DNA of 64,000 nt from Enoplolaimus lenunculus (Eukaryota). Below, one piece after another: positions 26,096-37,500 of this stretch. The notes beneath the pieces are model-generated. The model saw nothing but the letters and a program-made list of their open reading frames with translations. It was not told the origin of the DNA and made no database searches. How positions within the stretch are numbered: position 1 is the stretch's first letter; each line of letters begins with the position of its first letter. The stretch spans positions 558,001 through 622,000 of the forward strand of contig JASANG010001107.1 in the NCBI GenBank assembly GCA_030248215.1, written 5' to 3'. The translations under genes were made by a program, and so were the position numbers.

Positions 26096-28489
26096 CCATC
26101 CTTCACCGTCCGTCACTATACGAAATCGTACGAGAGTTATTCATGTGCGATACCGCACGGTGAGTGACGGACAGTGCCAGACGTCAACAAAGTATAGCGT
26201 ATTCCTAACAATAAGCAGTATATATAAATTTTCGGTGTTCTCCGTTGTCCTCCCCAGACAGCGTTTGACCCTATAGCGAAAACTTTAAAGTCATTCGACT
26301 CACCTCGGTAAGCTGCGTGGATTGAGATCTATAACTTGTTTAACGATTACTTTTGACATATTTTTATTTCCAGATGAAAGTTTGAAAGAAAAAATTTCTA
26401 TTTTTTAAATAAATATTTCAATGTGGAAGGAGAAAAGGAATATGTGGGAAGCTAAAATATGCTAAAGATTTCCACAATGGAACATGTTTGCCAGCTAGCG
26501 ACCACTTAATGGAAAAGTGCCAATCCACCCTAAAGTATAGTTCTCACCGCGCTCTTATCCCGTAACAACAAAACTTGATAATCAACAAAACAAACATTGA
26601 AATAGAGCAATTCGCAGTCATTGTAATCGGATTTCTCAGCATTCGTCGAGAAAAAGAGTTTGATGATGATGATGATGATCGGAAACTCTTTTGAAAATGT
26701 TGTTTATTGTTTGTCGATGATGACGTATGTTTACTTAATTTTGTATCATTTTGACAACAAAATGAACGAATTATATAATCTCGTCATGGCCATTAGTTCG
26801 GCGATTTTTGTAAAAACTTAGAGAGTTCGAGGGCTTTTCAAAGTAAGCATTGTAGGCAGCGGCTATAATTCATGTCTTACTGCATGTATTAATAAAAGCA
26901 ACTCGAATCATGATTATGAAACGGGCCGCTGCAGAATTCACACTCCCTCACCTGGGTTCATGAAAGCATTAATTTTTCATTGAGTTTTCAACTTCAATAG
27001 CCCAACCGGATGTGTTAACTTTAATTTTAATTTAGCACATGCGTTGCGAACACAAAAATATAGCCAAAATGTATTCGGTGGCGCGCGGCGGCGGGCGGCA
27101 AAATTTTTTACTGTGCCATACGCCGGCGTCCGACGGCTGTCGGCGAGTAGTATAGCGTAATTCTTATACTTTGCTTCGGATTTTTTAGTATTTAAAATGC
27201 GCGGGTTAAGGCCACTGGCGAACAGAGAAAATTTTCGAGATTGAATGTTAAGTGAAATTTTTTTCTAATAACGAAAGGGGCACACAAAAAGGGGGCCAGG
27301 GGGCTGTCCCCACTATTACAAACGAAAAACTTTATTTTTAGATTAAGTGCTAAAAGCAGTTGCATTTAGTAATCGATACCTCCACTCGCGAGAGAATAAC
27401 TTCTACGTGTGGTCTAAAAATGTTGTTAGCTTTAACATCTCGAACAGCGTCTAAACTCTGAGAAGACATGCTTTTAATTTTCCAATCTGAAACATACGCA
27501 GCCATCAGCCAAGTATTTGCTCCCTCCTTCCGCAGCAGAACTGGACCCATACTCGTCTTCGTGTCGAAAATTTAAACATGCCAGTGTAGCGCAGCCAATT
27601 GAAATCGTTTAAGGTGGCGCTATACATGTCGTTGCGGCGCTGTATGTCACCGTTCGGCATCACGGTACTCGACTAAATTAACATTGTCAAAAAGTATAGC
27701 GCCGACCATTATTAGCATTAACAATGATTTCGGAGCCAAATTTAACTAAAATTTGACCAGAATAGAAACCATACCTCATGGTCATATTCTGCTTCGGAGG
27801 TTTTTATTGGTGAATTTTTGATTGAAACTATACCATAGAACTGAATATTATAATGCCCATACGAGTAATGATTAACAGTCATCTATCGCTAAATCAGTAT
27901 TATCCAAAAATAAGTGGAAGTAAGTTACCAAACACTAACGTTTTTAACTCAACAAGCATTTTTTGTTAATGTAGCGGGTTGAAATAAGATATTAATATTG
28001 TATTATTAAATGATGTACTTGCGGATCAAAGCTCCGACACCTACAACTAAGAGAGATTATCATTCGTTTAGAGGGGCAAAACTTTAACTGATTAGTAACT
28101 GCATATAAACTTGTAGTGGTAAGATTTTAACAAACAAATTCGCCAAATGAACTTACATGAAAACTGTTTAATAATGTTTCAATCATTCAATTATTTGCTT
28201 GTCTAAATGTGTACAGCACGTATCATCAGTTGGTAAACAGGCCTTGTGTAACTTTAGGACCAGTGAATGGTGAAGTTCGAAACTTAGCACGTATTTAATT
28301 AAAGTTTGCTGAAGTTTGCGCTGATTTTGAGAGATTCGCAAACGTAGCAATTCGTTTATTTGAAATCATATTATTAATGAATAATCACCGTAATATTAAT
28401 CTGGACGAGGGCTTGCAAGTCAGTGAATACATAAATATTTCATAATAGCGTGGTTTTACTTTCATTTTTTTACTTGAATCGTGTTTCAG

Positions 28490-28554
28490 GCTTCAAAAAT
28501 GGGCTATTAATTGATCAGTGGCTCAACAGTTATGGATATGTTAGTCCGTGGGAG
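28490..28554 (+). CDS. rho: Rhomboid candidate upstream exon ([22 protein letters not shown])
   Basis: tgtttcag acceptor, GAG|GTAAGC donor; open in the frame that joins the 29110 microexon in phase 0. Confidence 0.5.
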
Positions 28555-31500
28555 GTAAGCGTTAGGGTACTCGTACACTTTCTCCAAACTTAACATTAAG
28601 GCTGACGAAACCGTTTTTCGAAACCTAAGTTTAAAGTCTAAGCCTAAGCCAAACCTGTGTGAGAATTGTAAAAGAGTCAGAATTAGTCGCCTTAGCATGT
28701 GAGTTACCAGTAAGTGCACTCGTAGTGTAATTGTAAGAACGCTAACAAACACACATATATGTTGCGCCCGAATATAATGTATTAATTAGTTTTGTGACTG
28801 TTTGTAGTATAACACAATCCCAATGAGAGTACACGAGTACTGTTGACTCCCCAATTAGGCAGACGAGACATGTCAAGATCAAGGGCGGAATATTTTCCTG
28901 CGAATTGCAACAGAGTATGTTTAAGCTTGAGACTAATTTTTTTGCTTAGTCTTAGGCTTAGATTAGCTCATTTCAAAGTAATTTTATTCAGTTAACTAAT
29001 ACTGCTCAGAAATTCCGTAGGTGCTGCTTTCTTAGTTTTCCAAACAGGAGTAATCGTAGTTGCCGTAACCTTTTGGTTTTGATTAAATATTTCATTTTTA
29101 TAATTTTAGGAACTTCAAATGCTGTTTTGGAAGGTAAGTATCAATCTGTTTTCTATTTTAACCTTAAAACTGGAGTTTAATCTTAATTAATGTAGAAAAT
29201 GAATTAGATTATAGCTTCGCCGTCAAAATAAGGATTTAAGCATCGCTAACATAAATTTAGCTTTGGACTCACAATTCGAAGCAGGGCTAGATTGACCATC
29301 TAGCCTATTGACCAAATTTCCGGTGGTTTGGTTCGACTGTGACCCGCTGCACGAAATGCAAAAAACTTGGTTGTGTAATGAATATTTTTCTGAATACTCA
29401 ATGGTGGACTAGTTTAAATCAAACCATCATACCAGGGTCGATTTTTACTGTCACTCCAGCACTCAACCGGAGCGACCTTCGCAAATTCGTAACTGGCTCT
29501 GTGATTTACAACTAAAAGAACGATTATGCCCCAGCCTACGTATTTTTGTTAAACTAGGAGGTAATCCATATTTGTACGTTTCACCGAAACACGAAGGATT
29601 CCGCTTTTGTTACCGCGACGATGAAAATGTTTGATACGCGTTGCAGGGGACACAAGGGGAGAGATAGAGGAGATTTATCCTGTCGTTATTTCAAGAGCCA
29701 AAAACTTTTATCACGCTTTAGAAGATCCTGCATCCTAAAGGCAAGAAAAAACTTCTTTTGCATGAGTGCTATTTCCTTCCGCACCGAAATCTTAGATACG
29801 CTCCCGACGGGATAAGCATCGGTTTTCACCTCATTAAGCTATAACTTACAAATACGATATATCATACACGCTGAGTGAAGGATGAAAATTGAAACTTTGT
29901 TTTTGATCTGTAGCTATGTAATTTTCAACAGTACATCTGTCTGTCCTACGTGACTGGATAAAACTGTGATTGAAACTTACTTTTTAGTCGTTTTTGATCA
30001 ATGGGTTAGCAATCCAATACAAGAAATCAACAAATAATCTAAGGCTTTCACGAAAGTGATGACAGACAACCGTTTTAGGTTGTTATTTCTCACGTACGTC
30101 ACTTTCAACTACTGTCAGGACACAACGTTAAGTAGTCAACATTTCACCTATGCAGTGACCACACAAGCAGGGGCGGACACAGAGGGGAGCGGGGGCGCCC
30201 TCATCAGAAAATTTTGTATGATAATGGTAATGTCCCTACTTTACAAATTTTTACTCTTGTGATGCCACGAAAATCGCGTTTGGCTTCTTGCTCGCTTCGT
30301 TTGCGAGGGTTCTTTCGAAATATATATTGGACGCGTTCTCATAAGAAATATTTGGATCCGCCACTGCACCACAGCGGTTCATTTTTTGTTCATCTCTGTC
30401 TGGACAGTTAGCTGTTTTTGAAACAAGTTTAACTTTAAAATGTTTTTTGAACGCAAAAAAGTGTTGACCTGAAATGCAAGGACGGTTTAGTCATGCAACA
30501 ACAGGGATCATAGGCGAAGAAATATCGGTTTTGAAATTTATTGAAACAAACTAAAAACGGTTTCAGATCGCGTTGTTGTCAGCGCTAAGAAGACACAACG
30601 CTTCAGTACGGTTCTTTTTCGTAGACTATTTAGCTTTATATTTTTGTGTACTTATAAAACTAAATTCATGTGGCGGATTCAGAAATTTTTGTCGAGAAGT
30701 CAATAAATATTGGTGAAAAAAGTTGGCCGAAGCGAACGAAAAGCCAAGCGCAATTTTAGTACTAAATTTTAGCATAAATTTTACCTTGATTCCGGATGGG
30801 TATCTAAAGCCCTATTCACACGTGCAAGTTTTTGCCGCGAGAACATGCAGCTGCAACTTGCAAGAAATACTTGCAGCTGGACGTATTTGTAAAAAATCAT
30901 AACGTTCGTTCTGAATCTTTACATGAATTTATGTGAATAATTTGCACACCACTTCAGTAAATATCAAACATAACCTATAATCTATCAGCTTAGCCAATGA
31001 TGATTAATGAATTCGACTTGCAGGACTATTCATACGTACGAATTAATTCTTCGCATATATAAATCACGAATAACTAGCAGCTGCAAGTTCTTCGAATGAA
31101 TTTTTCAAAAAAAGTTGCAGCTGTAAGTTTCAGTTGTAAGAAACATTCATGCGCAAAGAAGGCTATACTCGAAATTTATTTACTTTAAAGTTTTCATCGC
31201 GATGCAATCTTTATTTTAATGCTTAAAAATTTAAAACTAGTCCCATTACTTCCGCCGTCGGCTGCGAAATATCAAACAAGTTAGATATTTGAATTAATTC
31301 ACACTTCTTGAATAAATTCAATAAGTCTGAATTAATTCAAAAGGCGCTCAGAAACATGTCTTTTGATTGGCCAATGAAAATGCAAGTGCAAGAAATTCGA
31401 GCGATTCGCGATGGCATTCACACGTGCGAATAAAATTCAATCACATGAATTCTCATGAATAATTTGCAGCTGCAAGACTTCAAATCTGCTTTGTGACCAA

Positions 31501-34500
31501 ACTTGCACATGCAAATTGCACGTGCAAGTTTTTGCTGCAAAAACTTGCACGTGTGAATAGGGCTTAAATCTGGATGGCTACTTTGTACGCGCCAGTGCTT
31601 AATTTTGCCATAGAGAGTACCATATCGCTTAAATTCAATATTAACACTGGGCAGCGGTGATTTAAAGTTGTTTAAAAATAAACCAACTTATTTCATTCTG
31701 ACGATTTCATACAAAACTTAATTTTTGTCTGGTTAACGAAACGTTGTCTCTAAGCCGGAACCGTAACGTTTATATGTAGTCTACGTAAAAATTGGTTTTT
31801 GGGTCATCCGAAAAGTCCTTGCAACAAATGAGGTAGCTATATTCAGATCCTTTTTGTCCAATATTTGCTTTTATAAACACCCTCAAATTGTCTGAAGCTA
31901 AAACGTTATTCAAGCCAGTAGCTTGCTTAAGATACCAGCACAGGCGAAAGCATTCATTATTTTTGTGATCCCAATTTGCTCAAAATGTTCAGTGAATTTA
32001 AAGCCGGCTCGAACTTTGTGTAAACGAAACAGGACTGTGCCCCGGATGAGCTGGGTATGTCGTGGGCATGAAGCATGTTATAGGCTCGGTGCCTAAGGAC
32101 TACAAGCTACAAACGGGCCATAAACCCACAAACGGGGTTAAACTATTGCAGAGGAATGTATTTTTCCAGGGCGCCTATAAGCTTCCCATTGTCCCCCTCT
32201 ACCTGCAAGTCTACACAGTTCCACAATTGGCCCTATTCAATTAGAAACCTATTGTTTCTATGACCAGAGACAATTTCTAACTCACCGTTGACCATATAAT
32301 TAGTTCTTCAACGTTCTCTATATCCGACTACGTATCATAGCAACAGCGAGTCAAAATGAACGGTGTTCGCTTGCATTTGAAATCTCACGTGACTTCACAT
32401 TCGTTTGAGCATGTAAAGGCTTATTTTTTAAAAAGAACACGACAATTTTCTAAATTATTTTGAGTTTATTTAAAGTTTTAGCGGCGGTGTTCTTAGTGTC
32501 AAAGGAAATAGAATACATGGATTTGCAATAACGTAAACTAAACTGCAATTTGCCTGCATGCAACTATATATGGTAGAATTGTAGAAACACACATTTTGCA
32601 AGTAATTGTTGCTTTTGAAACGTGCCAATGCAATTTTTTCACGTTCTAATGAGCATCGTTCTATATTAAGATTTCTTTCCGTTATCACCAAAACGAAAGT
32701 GTAAATGAAAACATGCCGTTCGATGCCAGCTTTTTATTTGCTCACACACAACTCAATAAACAAAAATTTTAGTCTTTAAAAAGTAAATTCTCAGCCAACC
32801 TAAACATTGTTTTCTATTTTATAAACCCGTTCTATACTCTTGCGGATCCAAAGATGGCGCGGGTGGAGCGTACAGCCCCCCGTCAGAAATTTTGTGTAAT
32901 AAAATGGTAAGTTTTCTACCTTACAATTTTTACCACTTTTTTTGTAAGAAATGATAAGGTCCATCCTTACCTTACAAATTTTCCCCCTTAGAATCTTTTT
33001 TGCTAAAAATAGAAAGGGTTTACCTTACAATTTTTCTCGTCATAATTTTTTTGAGATAAAGTGATAAGGTCGCTGCTACCTTTTAATTTTTGGCAGAATA
33101 CAGTAGAAATTATGTTTCATATCATTTGCTCTAGCCAGCCCGCGCCCAGTCAGCAATTTCTAAATCCATCGCTGGTTGTATACACGACTTCGTCATGGTT
33201 TCCAATAGATGAAAGTTATATATTTCGATCTGTTCACACTTAAACCGTTCCCGTAAAGAAAGAAACAAATCTATCTATATATACTTGAACTAAATCAAAC
33301 TTTATACTTAAATCCCATACATCTTACACAGGAGCGTAGCCAAGATTTTATTTTAGGAGGGCATACCGTCATATTTAAAAGACTTTTTTGCGAGCGAGCG
33401 CTACGAGCAACAATATTTTGTTACGTTTCAGTATCTCGCTAATTATTATCTAAAGAGTGGCACCGTTTTCTCGTCAGTAACTAAATTTCAGTGAGATATA
33501 TTCCCTTATCGCCGCTTATATACGGCTCTGCTCGCATAAATTTATTCGCGCGTATTGTCCATTTGGGGGCACCATTATATATTATCAATATACTTAGGCG
33601 TAACCGCACGCTGTGTTCAATATAAAATTGAATTGTCACCGGTCGCGTATCACAAGTAAAACTAGGACAATGAACCTGGACTGGAGAACGGCGAAAGATC
33701 ATGCCTTTTATAGTAGGAAGCGTGGGTCAATTCAGTAATTTAGATAAGCCCGTCAAGTTTTGGTGTTCCAAAAGTGGGGGACAAAAACGCTTAGTAACTT
33801 TTTGCTCTGAAGGGGAGGTTAGTAACCCCCCTTCGGGATTGGCGTCCGTAAAAGGAAGCTAAAGCTATGATATCAATTGGGAGAATGCAGCATGATTCTA
33901 GTAAACTCTGATGCGATGTCGAACGATTTTACAGGCAAAAAGAAACGCAAAACTCGGTTTTGGTGCATCACTGCGTACAATTGTTTAGGTTTTCTGCCAT
34001 TTGTATAACTTATGATTAGGTTTAAGGTTAAGAATTGGCGTTAGATATAGCTTTTGGCATGGGTTTAGGCTTAAAGGTAAGCTAGTAAAGGAGAAGTGTG
34101 CAAAAGAGTGCAATATTCTGAAATCTGGAAATTGCTACCAGTGTTTTGAATTGAAATTCAACAACTGTCACGGCTGGAGCAGCCACCCCCCATACCCCTC
34201 ATTTGGGGGGCCCCACCCCTAATGAGGCTTCACCCTAACCGGTCGAAACAAAAACCGCCGAAGTTTTAAAATGGGTCTGGCTTCTCGCTCACGAGTTTGT
34301 GGGCACCCATCCTGAAGTTTGGTTTGAGCCCACACCCCTGTGCTCCGGCACTGACAACTGTGTAAAAGTATAGGTATAATAATGTTGTGGCATATTTGAA
34401 GTTTTTCGTCAAAAATTGGTTTTGCTTACGGTATAAGAAGCGAAATAGTGCAAGTTTAAGTATTTTTGTTTTTGAATAATCAGACTTTCACTATTACTTG

Positions 34501-37500
34501 TAACTCACGCGTTGTTGTTTAAAAATGAATAAAAGACGAAACACAAATAGTTGATTTATTTTTCTTTTTTTACTACGGTCCTAGAATATACAGCCATTTA
34601 GCCGCTTTCCACACTCAAAGTGCTAATGATGGTGGTTTAGTTAACATTATAGTTTTCAAGGTTCAATAGGCTACTAAATAGCACAAGTCCTTCGTTAACG
34701 GTGAGATATAGTGAAGAAAATACTAAAATCCTATATAAGGCTCGAGCTTAATCCTATATTTTTTTCAAGTATTCTGACTCCTGTGTGAAATATTATTAAC
34801 GTATTAGGTCCTGTTTTGTAAGTTGTAGTCCTTAAATAAACGTTTTTCATTTGCAAGCTTTTCACAGTTGCTAAGTGTCTGGTACTGGTGAATAGTCTAT
34901 GTTTTTCTGTTGTATCTGCTTCTAAAATGTTTCTACCACTGCTTCAAATTCACATTCAGCTTAGAAATTGCTGTATTTTCTTTTGCGTATAAAAGTTGAG
35001 AAGTTGTAGTATGCAGGAGAAAATGTGCTAAATTCTGGACCACCTAACGAATACAGCTTGTTTTGAAATAAATTTGAGAATCAATACATCGTTGTTCACG
35101 GCATTTGAAATAGATTTTCAATAATAGAAGATATATTTCTTATTAATGGTCAAGAGCTGTTGCCGCTTAGAATTTATTTGAACTTTTTCAAAATGAATTA
35201 AAACACATACCCTTTGCCAAAATCTTCAAGGGTTTTTCATGAATAAAGTAGCTCGATTGTTGTTCGTTTGAAAAGTATCCGAAGCGGTCACATGACAGAC
35301 TCTCAGCCATTCCCCCTTGCTCAGCTTAACACATTTAATTTAAAGAACGGTAGGTTTTAAATGTGCATATACTTTTCTTCTTATGTATACCGGTTATGAT
35401 TTGAAGCTATTGTCAACTATAACCATAAACTGTTTATTATTAGATTTCGCAATCTGAACGTACCAATCCTGCGTATGGACAAACCAGAAATATAATACGG
35501 AGTTAAGCTAATTATTTGTTGTTCGCCCAAAATTTAGGTTATTAATTGCCTCGACAACAATAGTAAACTTAATAAATGTAGAAATTATCATTTTCCGCGT
35601 CATAAACAACGAGATCATACAAATTTCGAAAATTAAAGATTTTTATAGATATCAAAAGTAATTTTTACTCTTTTTTTGCGTCGCATGTTCTCTAAGCTGT
35701 CTTTCAACGTTGCGTCGTCGTATAAGCGTGGAAACGGTGCATCTTCAGTGAAAGCATCTGCTGGTGCTAAAGTCAATGATCAAATTGAAATTAGCTATTT
35801 GGGTCAGTTCACTGAAAGCGGCTATTTATTGCCCAGTTGTGACGTCTCGGATGATTTACTCAACAGCTATTCAACCGAATGCTTATTGCGTCCAGAGTAC
35901 GACTGCAGTTTTGACGAATGCCACTATGACTTGAAAGGCACTTCAAAAGTTAACCAATTTAACAGTTTAAAACAAGCCCAGCAGCCTACGGGCGGTTGTC
36001 TTGAAGCAGCGTTAAGACCTGAGTTAATTAGCCATCCTCGTGGCATAACACCAGACGAGTTCGTTGACCTAGTGCCTGAAACTGCGTCACTTCTCGGTGA
36101 ACCAAGCTTACTTTCACCAAGTAGATTAAATCTTCATTCAAGTAAATCTGTGACTTTAGGGGAATTTGAGCCTGAGCTTCAAAATAATACGCCTCCCTGT
36201 AGCCGTATACCAACGTATGATGAAGAAAGTTCAAAATTTGTTGCTACCAGAATAGATGACATTAACTATTCAAACGAACACAATGCGGCTACATGCTACA
36301 TTACGTGCCTCAATGGAGTTAAATATACTTCAAATAATCCATCAAGCACATTTTCAAGCGATAAACTGCTACCTGAAAGGTCAAATATTGGGTCCAATGA
36401 GAAACAAGATTTAACTAGCCCTAATTTGGAACCAGCAGATGCTTTACGGCACCTACTTATATCTCGTATCTCTAGGATTGTTCACCCTAATTTTACCAAA
36501 CCTATCAAAAATAATATTTTATCGCATTCGCTTAGCAAGAATCATGAATCCGCAACTCACCATAATTTTCCCCTTTTCGGCAATGGCACAGATGGCCACA
36601 CAGGAAATTGCACGAATAAACCTGGTAAACAAAATGTTTCACAATTTGAAGCTGAGGGATTCGGTGAAACGTGCCCTCGCTTAACCAGTTCCGCTAATAA
36701 TAGGACTTCATCTCAATTACTTAGCAAATGCACTGAAAAACAATCCCACCAGCGCTTTCGTTTTGCCAACAACATCAGTGGCGACGAAACAGCGCGCAAC
36801 GCAAATACACATTGTGAACAAAATATTTTACAGTTCGATCGTGAAGGATTCGGTGAAATGTCACTGGATACTTTTCGAGCGATTGTGACCGAAGATGAAG
36901 AATTTCGACGTGGTGTCACTGAAATTGCCGGAGTTCATTCGTTGAGACGTCTCGAGCAACGGACAGCTCAGTTGGCGAAACAATCCGAGCGCAGTTGGAC
37001 TCAACGGCGGAAGCGAAGGAGGAAGTTGGAATCGATGAACGATGACGAACAAACGCCGTCTGTGACGTATCAAGAATTTGTTGATTTGGTAATTTATTAG
37101 TTTTCGGGTTTTTCACTTTTGTTGAATGTAGTTTGGCAGCGAGCGAGTGTATAATGTTTGTTTTTACAACTCGTAATTATATTGGGCTTTGGTACTCACC
37201 CCTACATCTTTAAGCTAAGGTTTAGGCTTAGGTTTTGGAAAAGGCTTACCTAAAACTAGCCTTTGAAGCTTACGCTTTGGACTAGTTTTTTGTTTAGGCT
37301 TAATTTTCGGCTTAGGCTTAGGTGTAAGCTCATTCTTACGCTTAGGCTTTTGGCTTAGGCTTGCGTTTAGGTTTATGCTTATGCTTATGCTACTGTTACG
37401 ACCCTGCTCTATACATTGGCCCAATTTGTTGTGAATGTAAATCCAACAGTGTGAGATGGTGGGGCTGATTAGCGGTCAGGGCACGATTTTTACCTTGCTG

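Noticed and set aside
25692..26276. Six overlapping ORFs of 97-192 aa
   Set aside because: By-products of the GC-rich 20-bp minisatellite.
35676..37100. Stand-alone 474-aa single-exon gene
   Set aside because: Its 3' end is the rhomboid EF-hand exon, with a donor at 37089 that bypasses the stop at 37098-37100.
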